From: Spirochaetota bacterium
Lineage (GTDB): Bacteria > Spirochaetota > UBA6919 > CBDBPB01
DNA length: 64,000 nucleotides
Assembly (NCBI GenBank): GCA_965208615.1
Contig: CBDBPB010000001.1
Location: 192,001-256,000 of the forward strand
Direction of reading: 5' to 3'
Shown here: positions 33,490 to 43,918 of the stretch, piece after piece
Numbering within the stretch: position 1 is the stretch's first letter
Layout of the letters: every line of letters starts with the position of its first letter
Program-made: the position numbers and the translations under genes
Notes under the pieces: generated by a model
The model's database searches: none
The model's input: only the letters and a program-made list of their open reading frames with translations
What the model was told of the DNA's origin: nothing

Positions 33490-35274
33490 ATGCAAATAAA
33501 AATTAACCTAAAAACTATACCCAGTCTACCTGGGGTATATATAATGAAAGATCAAAATCAAAAGGTTATTTATGTAGGAAAGGCTAAAAACCTAAAAAAT
33601 CGTGTTTCGTCATACTTTTATAAGAGTGCCAAAGATAATAAAACTCAACTACTCATAAAAGATATTTATAAACTGGACTACATCATAACAAATACTGAGC
33701 TAGAGGCATTAATACTAGAGTGCAATATAATCAAAAAGAAAAAACCAAAGTATAACATTGATCTAAAGGATAATAAAACATATCCCTTTATTAAGATTAC
33801 AACAAATGAATCCTTTCCAAGGGTTTTTAAAACTAGGTATTTCAAAAGAGACGGCAATAAATACTTTGGACCATATCCCAGTATAAGCCTTATACATCAG
33901 CATATAGACCTAATACATAGACTATTCCCAATAAGAACATGTACTCAAGTTCTGCCGAATAAAAAGGACAATAAGCCCTGTCTAAACTACTTTATAGAAA
34001 GGTGTAAAGGGGTATGCTCTGGAGAACTCTCTGTTAAAGAATATCGTAAATATATTGATGAAATAGTATTATTTTTAAGTGGTAAATACTCAAAACTTAT
34101 ATCCAGGCTTACAAAGCAGATGAATAAAGCCGCTAATGAACTTAGATATGAATTAGCTTCTGTAATTAAGCTTCGGATAGAGGCTGTTAGGAGTATTAAT
34201 GAAAGACAAATTGTATACTCCACAAATCCGTGTAATATAGATGTCATTGGCTTTTTTGAGGGTGAAAAAGCTATTAGCTTCTCTATTATGCTTATTAGGG
34301 AGGGAAAGCTCCTTGGAAAGAGGATATTCGTTATTAAAGAAAATAACTTTTTAGAAAGATCAATGCTATTCGAAGAAGTATTAAAAAAATACTATCTCGA
34401 TGATAATGAAATACCTGATGAAATAGTACTACCCATCGATATAGAGGATAAAAATCTATTAGAAAGTTATTTTACTAGGCTAAAAAAGAAAAAGCTTAAA
34501 ATAACCGTTCCAAAAATTGGACTAAAAAAAGAATGGACTTTTCTTGCTTGTCAGAATGCAAAGTTTGGCTTTCTTGAAGAACAAAAAATAACTCAAAAAG
34601 AATTAGCCTTAATAGAGTTGAAAAAAGTCCTTAACTTGCCTTCTGAACCAAGATATATAGAGGGTTTTGATGTTGCTAATACCATGGGTAAGGACTCCGT
34701 TATAGCTATGGTATATTTTAAGGATGGAGTTGCCTATAAAAAGAGCTATCGTCATTTTAAGGTTAAGTCTGTGGATAAGCCTAATGATGTGGCAATGATA
34801 AAAGAGGGTATTGCAAGACGATATCAAAAATTATTAAATAATTCTTCTCCGTTACCAGATTTAATATTAATTGACGGGGGCAAGGGACAAGTTAATGGTA
34901 CTAAAAAGGTATTAGACAGCTTAGGTTTATCTATTACCGTTATAGGCCTGGCTAAAAAAGATGAGGATATTGTATTTCCAAATAAAAAAGACATTTTAAA
35001 GCTGGATAAAACTTCTATAGCTTTAAGGCTACTACAGCAGATTAGGGATGAGGCTCATCGATTCGGAAATGTATTACATAAAAAGCTACGAAAAAAAAGG
35101 ATGTTTAAGTCTTCATTCGATAATATTAGGGGTATTGGTAAAATAAGAAAAGAAGCTCTACTTATGCACTTTAAAACTGTTAGTGATATTAAAAATGCCT
35201 CAGTAGAAGAGTTATGTAAAGTAGATAAAATGGATAAGGTTAGTGCAAAAAGAGTTTTTGATTATTTTAGATGA
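33490..35274 (+). CDS. uvrC: Excinuclease ABC subunit C
   Basis: PGVY..IYVGKAKNL (GIY-YIG), PDLILIDGGKGQ, RDEAHRF and HhH. Confidence 0.97.
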   Translation: MQIKINLKTIPSLPGVYIMKDQNQKVIYVGKAKNLKNRVSSYFYKSAKDNKTQLLIKDIYKLDYIITNTELEALILECNIIKKKKPKYNIDLKDNKTYPFIKITTNESFPRVFKTRYFKRDGNKYFGPYPSISLIHQHIDLIHRLFPIRTCTQVLPNKKDNKPCLNYFIERCKGVCSGELSVKEYRKYIDEIVLFLSGKYSKLISRLTKQMNKAANELRYELASVIKLRIEAVRSINERQIVYSTNPCNIDVIGFFEGEKAISFSIMLIREGKLLGKRIFVIKENNFLERSMLFEEVLKKYYLDDNEIPDEIVLPIDIEDKNLLESYFTRLKKKKLKITVPKIGLKKEWTFLACQNAKFGFLEEQKITQKELALIELKKVLNLPSEPRYIEGFDVANTMGKDSVIAMVYFKDGVAYKKSYRHFKVKSVDKPNDVAMIKEGIARRYQKLLNNSSPLPDLILIDGGKGQVNGTKKVLDSLGLSITVIGLAKKDEDIVFPNKKDILKLDKTSIALRLLQQIRDEAHRFGNVLHKKLRKKRMFKSSFDNIRGIGKIRKEALLMHFKTVSDIKNASVEELCKVDKMDKVSAKRVFDYFR

Positions 35275-35358
35275 CATCATTTATCAAATTAGCTTTATAC
35301 CGTTGACAATTTATAATTTTAATATATATTACCTATAAAAAGATAAACTGGATATATA

Positions 35359-37206
35359 ATGAGGCAATTAATTGTTGGAATGCCTCCTTCTACTAATAAG
35401 CACAGTAAAGAGCTCATTAGTTTTTTTACAAAATGCTTTAATAAAAATACTTTTACCATAAAGCATATTGAACAAGGTGAAGGAGATAGTCTTTTAAGTA
35501 ATAATAACATAGATATTTTAATTTCTATATACAAAACAGAGATTGAAAGACCGCTAACTGATTTACGATTTCTTTTTACTACTTTACCTAAGGCTGATAG
35601 CTTATTTACAAAGGATAAGTTTGTCATTGTATTTTTAAGAAGTCGTATTGATTTAGTTAAGTTATTCAGTTCATATTTTGGTAAGGTATGGTTTGTTGGT
35701 GCTGGGGCTGGGAATAGGGAGCTTATTACTGTAAAGGGTAAAAACATATTACAGAAGGCTGATGTTGTAATTTCCGACTACTTATTGGATCAGCAAATTT
35801 TAAAGTACTACGTCAATAAAGAGGCTGAACTTATACCTCTAACAAAGTTTGGGGAGCGTATACATAAGAATCAGGTCTCGCAAGAGATGATTAATGAGGC
35901 TATTCTTCGTTATGCTTGTATTTTTAATAAGGTTGTTCGCTTAAAGGGCGGTGATTCTTTTGTTTTTGGTAGAGGGGGTGAGGAATGTGAATATATATTA
36001 CCTTATAACATTTTGTATGAGGTTATTCCTGGTATATCCGCTCATGTTAGTGCATTATGTTATGCTGGCATACCCTTAACCCATAGGGAATATAATGCTG
36101 GGTTTTTGGTTATAACTGGCTTTCGTAAAAAGGGTGAGGATATTGATAAGTCCAATAATGATATTGCAAATAAGATTAATTTTGGCTTAAAAAGCAAGTT
36201 ATTGGTTGCTTTATTTATGTCAATGACCAACTGGAGAAACTTTGCTCATTTAATATATGATCAAGATAGTCCAGCGGCGGTTATTGAGTCTGGTGCCTAT
36301 GCCAATCAGAGGATATTTACTACTACCATAAAAAACGTTAATAATATTATTAGTGCAAAAGGGTTAAAGTCTCCCACTCTAATTGTGTTAGGGGAGAACG
36401 TCAAAACAAGACAGTGGCTTAAGTGGTACGAAAAGCTACCTTTATATGGGGTTAAGGTATTAACTTTTTCATCTGATAAGCTATCTTACGAGCTGAATGA
36501 TGCTCTTAATAGTTTAGGTGTACATTCTATTAGTCATGAGCTTTATGACCTTATCCCTGAAGACTTAAGTCTTGTGGAGTCTTACTTTAGGGCATTATCC
36601 GACTATGACTATCTGATAGTAACCAGCAGGAACGCATTTGATATATTTCTATCCAATTTAAAAGTCTTGAATATTGATATAAGGAGTTTGCCAAAGATTA
36701 TTGTTACTGGGCGTAAAACAGAACAAGAGTTTAGGAAAATAGGTATATATCCAGATGTTATACCTAAGGTATTCTCATCGGATGGTATTATTGATGAACT
36801 CTCTAATATTGATATAACTGGAAAGCGTTTTCTATTACCAATGAGCAGTCTTACTAAGGGTAATATTTCTAAGTATATCCTTAGCCAAAAGGGCATAGTT
36901 CATAGCTTTGTACTATACAAAAACAAGGCTAAACCCATAAACAGCAGTATAGCTAAGGATATTAAAGACTTTAGTCCTAACTTTATTATATTTACGTCAT
37001 CATCTTCGGTTAACTATTTTGTTGAACATATTTATAAGGCTGATATGTCCTTTATAGCCGTATCTATGGGCAGTAAGACAAGCAATACATTAAAAAGCCA
37101 TGGATTTATGGATATATTAGAACCGTCATCCTTTACTATAAACGGTATTATAAGCGTACTAAAAAACCATATCCATAAAAATAAGCTAACAGAAAACCCT
37201 AACTAA
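35359..37206 (+). CDS. cobA: Uroporphyrinogen-III C-methyltransferase / uroporphyrinogen-III synthase fusion with N-terminal extension
   Basis: VWFVGAGAG, VVRLKGGD.FVFGRGGEE and GIPLTHR (CobA); IVTSRNA, G.KT and FTSSSSV (HemD). Confidence 0.88.
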   Translation: MRQLIVGMPPSTNKHSKELISFFTKCFNKNTFTIKHIEQGEGDSLLSNNNIDILISIYKTEIERPLTDLRFLFTTLPKADSLFTKDKFVIVFLRSRIDLVKLFSSYFGKVWFVGAGAGNRELITVKGKNILQKADVVISDYLLDQQILKYYVNKEAELIPLTKFGERIHKNQVSQEMINEAILRYACIFNKVVRLKGGDSFVFGRGGEECEYILPYNILYEVIPGISAHVSALCYAGIPLTHREYNAGFLVITGFRKKGEDIDKSNNDIANKINFGLKSKLLVALFMSMTNWRNFAHLIYDQDSPAAVIESGAYANQRIFTTTIKNVNNIISAKGLKSPTLIVLGENVKTRQWLKWYEKLPLYGVKVLTFSSDKLSYELNDALNSLGVHSISHELYDLIPEDLSLVESYFRALSDYDYLIVTSRNAFDIFLSNLKVLNIDIRSLPKIIVTGRKTEQEFRKIGIYPDVIPKVFSSDGIIDELSNIDITGKRFLLPMSSLTKGNISKYILSQKGIVHSFVLYKNKAKPINSSIAKDIKDFSPNFIIFTSSSSVNYFVEHIYKADMSFIAVSMGSKTSNTLKSHGFMDILEPSSFTINGIISVLKNHIHKNKLTENPN

Positions 37207-37245
37207 ACTTATTTATCCAATAGAGCTGTGAGTTAAAGAGTTTTT

Positions 37246-38202
37246 ATGTTTAAGTTTCTGATAAAAAGGTTAAGCCAGTCGATTGTGGTATTATTTATTT
37301 TGTCTATCGTTTGGTTTATGCTACTACAGGCTATGCCCGGTGATGAGCTATCCGAGTATATTATGAAATATAATCCCACAAAAGAAGAGTTAGACAATTA
37401 CAAACGACTAAAGGGATATGATAAACCTCTTTATATTCAATATTTAACTCAGATAAAGAGGATTATAACTGGTGATTTGGGTATATCTGATCGTCATAAA
37501 ATACCTGTGACAGACTTATTAGCTATACGTATTCCTGTAACCTTATCCCTCACTGTGCCTGTATTTCTATTAACCTTGCTAATAGCAATACCCCTTGGAA
37601 TATTCACAGCTGTTTATCAGTATTCCAAGTTCGATTATATTACTAACTTTTTAATATTCATTGGTATATCAGTCCCCACTTTTTGGATAGGTCTTTTATC
37701 CATTTATGCTTTTTCGTTAAAGCTACAGATATTCCCTGCTAGCGGGATTAAGACTATTAACGTATCCTCTATTTTTGATCAGATGAGATATTTTGTATTA
37801 CCTATATTTGTATTATCAATTCATGGGATTGGTAGTTGGGTAAGGTATTTTAGGGGTAGTTTGCTTGAGGTATTACGTTTAGACTACATAAGGACAGCCA
37901 GAGCCAAAGGCCTAAGTGAGGATAGTGTTATATTCAAGCATGGGGTGCGAAATGCACTTATCCCTTTATTAACCCTAGTTGCACTGTCTATACCCTATTT
38001 ATTTAGTGGTGCATTAGTTACCGAAGAAATATTTGGTATACCTGGTATGGGTCAGCTCTTATTGGATGCAATAAAAAATAGAGATAGCAATTTGGCATTA
38101 CCTGCATTTCTTTTTTTATCATTTTTAACTATGACCTTTAACTTTTTGGCGGATATATTATATAGCATAGTAGATCCACGTATTAGAAAGTCAGAAGGTT
38201 AA
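37246..38202 (+). CDS. oppB: Peptide/nickel ABC transporter permease (OppB/DppB)
   Basis: GDLG.S, DYIRTARAKGL..HGVRNAL and ADILYSIVDPRI. Confidence 0.9.
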   Translation: MFKFLIKRLSQSIVVLFILSIVWFMLLQAMPGDELSEYIMKYNPTKEELDNYKRLKGYDKPLYIQYLTQIKRIITGDLGISDRHKIPVTDLLAIRIPVTLSLTVPVFLLTLLIAIPLGIFTAVYQYSKFDYITNFLIFIGISVPTFWIGLLSIYAFSLKLQIFPASGIKTINVSSIFDQMRYFVLPIFVLSIHGIGSWVRYFRGSLLEVLRLDYIRTARAKGLSEDSVIFKHGVRNALIPLLTLVALSIPYLFSGALVTEEIFGIPGMGQLLLDAIKNRDSNLALPAFLFLSFLTMTFNFLADILYSIVDPRIRKSEG

Positions 38203-38315
38203 TAGGTTTTTTTAAAATTTATACTATTTTAGGTAGGCAGATTAATAAAAGTTATTATTTATAATAAAAATAAAAGTTCTATTTAGTAAATAAAAACATA
38301 GAATAGGAGGAATTA

Positions 38316-39155
38316 ATGGATCAACAAGAGATGATAGCTGATCTTAAAAGAAAAGGAATTATTATTGGTGTACCAATATTAATTGTGATTGTATTACTTT
38401 TTGCATTTAAGCCTTGGGCTCAGATTGAAGGTGGTGAGGTAGGAGTAGTAAAAAGCTTTGGAGAAGTTCAAGAGAGTGTCTTAGATCAAGGGCTACATTT
38501 TATTATACCTGTAAAAGAAAAAGTTACTATTATGGATGTTAGAGTACAGATATCAGAAACGAGAGCAGATGCATCATCCAAAGACTTACAACAGGTAAAA
38601 TCTACTGTGGCTCTAAACTATCACATTATACCCAGTAAAGCCAATGTTATATTTAAGAATATTGGTAAAGATTTTAAAGAAAGGATAATTGATCCAGCAG
38701 TTCAAGAAGTGGTAAAAGCCGTATCAGCAAGATATACCGCAGAAGAGTTAATAACTAAACGTGCTGAAGTTAGTGATGCCATGAAAAAAGACCTTACAAC
38801 CAGACTTAAAATTAATAATATACAAGTGGATGCCTTTTCTATAGTTAACTTTAGTTTTTCTGATGCCTATCAACAAGAGGTAGAGGCAAAACAAGTTGCT
38901 GAACAAAGAGTAAAGAAGTCTAAGCTTGAACTTGATCGTATAAAAATAGAAAAGGAACAAAAAATAACCAACGCACAAGCAGAAGCAGAGGCGTTAAGGC
39001 TACAAAGACAAAATATAAGTCCAGACCTAATTAAACTACGTCAAATAGAGGCATCTCTAGAGGCTATTAAAAAATGGGATGGTCATCTACCAAGTGTAAC
39101 ATCTGGTGCAGTACCTTTTATAAGCACCGAAAGCTTTAAGGCAAGGAAAAAGTAA
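38316..39155 (+). CDS. Prohibitin/SPFH (band 7) family protein
   Basis: GLHFIIP, SKDLQQV, AEELITKR, EAKQVAEQ and KWDG.LP. Confidence 0.92.
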   Translation: MDQQEMIADLKRKGIIIGVPILIVIVLLFAFKPWAQIEGGEVGVVKSFGEVQESVLDQGLHFIIPVKEKVTIMDVRVQISETRADASSKDLQQVKSTVALNYHIIPSKANVIFKNIGKDFKERIIDPAVQEVVKAVSARYTAEELITKRAEVSDAMKKDLTTRLKINNIQVDAFSIVNFSFSDAYQQEVEAKQVAEQRVKKSKLELDRIKIEKEQKITNAQAEAEALRLQRQNISPDLIKLRQIEASLEAIKKWDGHLPSVTSGAVPFISTESFKARKK

Positions 39156-39207
39156 ATATAATATAGATAGAAGCTTAGCTTGTACCCAAAAACAAAGGGC
39201 TAAATAG

Positions 39208-39756
39208 TTGTATCCTTATTTAAAAAGAATGAGAGGACATAAAAATAGTCCGCCAAGAAAGCCAATTAATAAAATAATATGGTCATGGCTTGGTGCGTTT
39301 TTGGGGATATACCTTGTCTCTATCTTAAATAGACTAATACAAATTGATTTTATGGATAGTCTTTTTCTTATAGGCTCATTTGGTGCATCGGCTGTTCTTA
39401 TTTATGGTGCACCTCAAGCTGAACTATCCCAACCACGTAATCTAATTGGTGGACATGTTATATCAGCCATTGTTGGGGTTACTCTTTATAAATATTTATT
39501 GATTGATCCTACAATAGTTAGTGCACTTTCTGTATCTAGTGCTATTGCTTTTATGCACCTAACCAGAACCTTACACCCTCCTGGAGGTGCAACAGCATTA
39601 ATAGCAGTAATTGGTAGTTCTAAGGTACACGAGCTTGGATACTGGTATGTACTCTCACCAGTTTTATTAGGTGCTTTTCTTATGCTTATTGTTGCATTGC
39701 TTGTAAACAATCTATCGGCTAATCCAAAGAGGCATTATCCAACCTACTGGATATAA
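39208..39756 (+). CDS. HPP family membrane protein
   Basis: SFGASAVL, QPRNLIGGH and HPPGGATAL. Confidence 0.92.
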   Translation: MYPYLKRMRGHKNSPPRKPINKIIWSWLGAFLGIYLVSILNRLIQIDFMDSLFLIGSFGASAVLIYGAPQAELSQPRNLIGGHVISAIVGVTLYKYLLIDPTIVSALSVSSAIAFMHLTRTLHPPGGATALIAVIGSSKVHELGYWYVLSPVLLGAFLMLIVALLVNNLSANPKRHYPTYWI

Positions 39757-39855
39757 ATAAACTCCTTTACAGTTATTAAAATTACTAAGAGTGGCTATTT
39801 TAGGGCAATCATTGGGTAATTTATCTAATATTAAAAAAATAACACATTTTTATAA

Positions 39856-42087
39856 CTAATCCACTTTATAAAGTGGAGCGTATTTTAACAGTAAAAGACG
39901 TTTTTTACCGTTAAACTTAAGGAGTACAGTTGACAAATCGCCTTTGTTTGATAGCTCAACTACAACTCCTTTACCAAAGCTTTTGTGAACAAGGGTTTGT
40001 CCTATATCCACCTCATTAATGTTAGTAACTCTATTTGCCTGGTTAGAGTCAACCTTTGTCTTACTATGCTTATCAAGCTTAGCCTTTACCTTGTCAAAAG
40101 TGTTGCTATCACCATCAAGGTGCTGGTCATCGGTGAATATATAACTATCCTTTTCAATATAGTCAGGGTGGACCTCTGATATAAAACGAGATGACTTATA
40201 TAATTTCATTTGTCCAAAGCTATAACGCTGACTCGATGAACTAAGAAAACAACGCTCTTTTGCCCTTGTTATACCCACATAAAAAAGACGTCTTTCTTCC
40301 TCCATCTCCTTATGATTGTCCAAAGCCATATAATGGGGGAATATACCCTCATCCAAACCAGATATAAAAATGTTAGAAAACTCTAATCCCTTAGAATTAT
40401 GGAGGGTCATAAGACTAACATAATTGGCTGACTCATCAAAATCATCAATATCACTTTTTAAAGAAAGCTCCATAAGATAATGATCCAATGTAGGCTCAGG
40501 CTGATCCTGCTCATATTGTAGCATAGAACGCCTAAGCTCATCAATATTATCTAAACGCTCCTCATAGTTCTCATAGTTCTGCTTTAAATAACTGTCATAG
40601 CCTGTCTTATCTAATACATAGTCTAACAAGTCTGGTACACTTTTGTCAGCCTTACCCTGCTTTAACTCGGATATAAGCTTAAAAAAGTCTACTAGCTTAT
40701 CCTTTATAGGATTACGGATCATCTTATTGTCTATACAATATAATGCAGAACCCTCAAAAGATAAACCTAACTCAGATGACATAATATCAATCTTAGTAAT
40801 AGTGGTACTACCTATCCCCCTTTTGGGTACATTAATAATACGCTTTAGAGCAAGACTATCACTCTCATTAGCCAAAATAGTAAGATATGCTAAAGTATCC
40901 TTGATCTCCATTCTGTCGTAAAACTTAACCGCACCAAAAATCTTATAAGGTATGTTAGACTGTAATAAATACTCCTCAAATATCCTCGACTGATAGTTCA
41001 TCCTATAAAAAACAGCAATGTCTTTATAGGTATTAGTACTCTCATATAAACGAACTATATTATTAATAATCCACTCACCCTCAGCCCTGTCATCACCAGC
41101 ACCATAATACTTTATACTATCCCCAGTACCCTTTGATGACCAAAGCTTTTTATCCAGCCTATTTCTATTATGGAGTACCACACTATGTGCCGCATTAAGT
41201 ATTGTATTAGTAGATCGGTAGTTCTGTTCAAGTTTAATGACTTTACAGCCTTTAAAATCCTTTTCAAAGTTTATAATGTTGGATATATCAGCCCCTCTCC
41301 ACGAGTAAATGGACTGATCATCATCACCAACAACAGAGATACATGAACGTCCATTAGCCAATATTTTTATAAGCCTATACTGACAATGATTGGTATCCTG
41401 GAACTCATCCACCATAATATACCTAAAAAGCCCTTGATAATAAGCGGCTCTATCTGGTACTTTTTCAAAAAGAACTATTGTTTTTAGCAATAGATCATCA
41501 AAGTCAAGAGCATTATTTTCAAGAAGTTGTTCTTCATAGTACTTATAAATCTGTCCGATCAGCTTGATAAATAGATTACCCTCTTCCTCACCCCGCCTTA
41601 TAACGTCATGAGGACTCTCAAAAGCATTCTTACTAAAGGATATCTGAGATGATATATTATAAAGATTATCCGTTGGACACTCTAACTTCTTAACTTTAAT
41701 AACATCCTTAATAACCTGCTTACTATCACTGCCGTCGTATATGGTAAAGTTTTTCTTATAACCAATTTTGTCTATCTCACGGCGTAATATTTTAGCACAT
41801 ACAGAGTGGAACGTGTTTACCCACAAAGAGTTAATATGATTAGCAAAGCCATCATCCTTATTAAGATCCAAAAGTTCAATAATCCTTTCTCTCATCTCGC
41901 CAGCCGCCTTATTAGTAAAGGTAACTGCTAATATACTCCATGGTGGATAGCCGTGATCTTTTATTAAATGTGCAATCTTATGAGTAATAACCCTTGTCTT
42001 ACCACTACCCGCACCAGCAAGTATTAAAACAGGTTTATTAACCTCCAAAAGAGCTTTTTCTTGTTGTGTGTTTAATTTGTTTATCAT
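39856..42087 (-). CDS. pcrA: ATP-dependent DNA helicase PcrA/UvrD
   Basis: AGAGSGKT, TFTNKAA, DEFQD, VGDDDQSIY, LEQNYRS, TLHNSKGLEF, EEERRLFYVGITRA and C-terminal Tudor-like domain. Confidence 0.95.
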   Translation of the reverse strand: MINKLNTQQEKALLEVNKPVLILAGAGSGKTRVITHKIAHLIKDHGYPPWSILAVTFTNKAAGEMRERIIELLDLNKDDGFANHINSLWVNTFHSVCAKILRREIDKIGYKKNFTIYDGSDSKQVIKDVIKVKKLECPTDNLYNISSQISFSKNAFESPHDVIRRGEEEGNLFIKLIGQIYKYYEEQLLENNALDFDDLLLKTIVLFEKVPDRAAYYQGLFRYIMVDEFQDTNHCQYRLIKILANGRSCISVVGDDDQSIYSWRGADISNIINFEKDFKGCKVIKLEQNYRSTNTILNAAHSVVLHNRNRLDKKLWSSKGTGDSIKYYGAGDDRAEGEWIINNIVRLYESTNTYKDIAVFYRMNYQSRIFEEYLLQSNIPYKIFGAVKFYDRMEIKDTLAYLTILANESDSLALKRIINVPKRGIGSTTITKIDIMSSELGLSFEGSALYCIDNKMIRNPIKDKLVDFFKLISELKQGKADKSVPDLLDYVLDKTGYDSYLKQNYENYEERLDNIDELRRSMLQYEQDQPEPTLDHYLMELSLKSDIDDFDESANYVSLMTLHNSKGLEFSNIFISGLDEGIFPHYMALDNHKEMEEERRLFYVGITRAKERCFLSSSSQRYSFGQMKLYKSSRFISEVHPDYIEKDSYIFTDDQHLDGDSNTFDKVKAKLDKHSKTKVDSNQANRVTNINEVDIGQTLVHKSFGKGVVVELSNKGDLSTVLLKFNGKKRLLLLKYAPLYKVD

Positions 42088-42322
42088 AGAGTTTATAATA
42101 GTCTGCCTTTCAATTTTAAAATTACAATATAAGATGTTATACCTAGACTTAATAAGCCAAAATAAAATATATAAAACATAAAGTAAATAATAATACTAGT
42201 AAAAATCAATGAAATTATTAAAAATGATAGGAAAACGCTTAGGTTGACTTATAAGTGTTATAAGCAGATAAAATTATATGTAATTAATAGATATTAACTA
42301 TTTTACAATATAAGGTTGTACT

Positions 42323-42360
42323 AAATAAAGAATCATGACCATTGCCATGATTCTTTATTT
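42323..42360. terminator. Terminator of the LRR gene
   Basis: Perfect 15-bp stem AAATAAAGAATCATG / CATGATTCTTTATTT, 16 bp after the LRR stop. Confidence 0.75.
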
Positions 42361-42376
42361 TACTTTTAAAACTAAA

Positions 42377-43831
42377 CTACCACCCTGAGGCAGGGCTTTT
42401 TTCGCTCACTATAACTCTTACTCCATGAAATTCAACTGTCTCATCATTAATTAATATTTTATTAAGATAAACTTCTAAGTTACGATTATGATCGTTTAAT
42501 TTTACTATTTGACTATTAGATAGTTGCATATTATTAAGATAAAGCTTCCTTAATTTTTCTAACTTTTTTAAGAAATTTAAACGATTAGCAATCTGGCTAT
42601 TATTGCTAAGATCCAGCACCTCTATAGTTTTATTTAGCCAAAATAAACCCAAACGACCAAGAGAAGGATTGTTACTTAAATTAAGTGATTTCAAATTGGG
42701 CATTTGCTCTAAGTGTAGTATGCTACCATTATTAATTTCCTTTCCTGATAAATCAAGATTTTCAGCTGTTAGATCAGGACTTCTACCCATTTTTTTCAAA
42801 AAGAGTATAGCACGTTCTTCATATTCATTCTTAGGGGCATATTTTGGATGATCATCAGTTGAGTCTGAAGGAGTTGGCCGTATATGATATGTTCTAAAAT
42901 CAACTCCATTTATATCAACTTTCAACTCATTAGCATTAATTTTATTATGCAAGTACCTTAGATTATCGGCATTCAGCATTGGAATATCAGTAAGACTAAG
43001 GTCTTTAAGACTATGCATATTTTTTATAAGTTTAAAAGTATTGTTACTAAATACACCCCCTATTTTAAGTTCCTTAAGATTTTCAAGATCGCCTAAAAGA
43101 GATACTTCATTAACAATCATAGGATACCCATCAACCTCATGAGTAAGAGAAGGATTTCCATCAATATGGAGTTTTTCCAGACTTGTTATACCTCTTATAT
43201 AAGTAAAAAACTCCTTTTCAAGATGGTTATTAGAAATATAAAGCTCTTTTAGATTTTTCACAGCTCTACCTATAAATAAGGCACCGCTGCCAATTATCCG
43301 GTTGTTGCTAATATCAAGCTTTATTATATTTTTCATATTGGCTATATATACCATATAGGAATCAATAAGTTGGTTATTATTTAAGTAAAGCTCCTCCACT
43401 TTGTTAGGACTTTTTATGTTTCTTAAAAAACTACCAGTCATATATTTATGATGAGAAATGTCAATCTCTTTGAGATTGGGCAAGAATTTTATATGTACTA
43501 AGTCTTCATCTTTAAAGTTGTTTGTAAGACTATCGGGGAGTAAAGAAAACTCAGTTACTTTACTAAACTGAGAAGCATTAGTTATTACTTGATTATCGTC
43601 TGTCTTTAAGCCTATTGACTTAAAAAAAGCAATAGCCTTTACCATTTCTTGTAAAATAGTTCTATGAGTTTTAGGATAGGTATTAGTAGTATCCCTCTTT
43701 TGTCTATTACTAGCTTCATTTGGGTCTGAAACAACGTTATCTGTTATATTATTACTTAGTAAACTACTATCCGTATCGTTGCAGGATATTAACATTAAAA
43801 TACATATAGAGATAAAGATTTTTACTAACAT
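42377..43831 (-). CDS. Leucine-rich repeat lipoprotein
   Basis: Signal peptide ending LISC; repeated LxxLxxLxLSNN units. Confidence 0.85.
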   Translation of the reverse strand: MLVKIFISICILMLISCNDTDSSLLSNNITDNVVSDPNEASNRQKRDTTNTYPKTHRTILQEMVKAIAFFKSIGLKTDDNQVITNASQFSKVTEFSLLPDSLTNNFKDEDLVHIKFLPNLKEIDISHHKYMTGSFLRNIKSPNKVEELYLNNNQLIDSYMVYIANMKNIIKLDISNNRIIGSGALFIGRAVKNLKELYISNNHLEKEFFTYIRGITSLEKLHIDGNPSLTHEVDGYPMIVNEVSLLGDLENLKELKIGGVFSNNTFKLIKNMHSLKDLSLTDIPMLNADNLRYLHNKINANELKVDINGVDFRTYHIRPTPSDSTDDHPKYAPKNEYEERAILFLKKMGRSPDLTAENLDLSGKEINNGSILHLEQMPNLKSLNLSNNPSLGRLGLFWLNKTIEVLDLSNNSQIANRLNFLKKLEKLRKLYLNNMQLSNSQIVKLNDHNRNLEVYLNKILINDETVEFHGVRVIVSEKSPASGW

Positions 43832-43874
43832 GTGTCCTCACTTTAAATTAGATTATTTAATTAATAGTGATGTT

Positions 43875-43903
43875 ACTATAACAAATTTCTATGGTCATGT
43901 CAA
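43875..43903 (-). promoter_or_regulatory. sigma70 promoter of the LRR gene
   Basis: Minus strand TTGACA, 17-nt spacer, TATAGT. Confidence 0.65.
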
Positions 43904-43918
43904 TATAAATTATAAAAT

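Noticed and set aside
37246-38202. Orphan oppB without oppACDF
   Set aside because: Scattered operon members are common in this window (groES, addB), so this is not distinctive.
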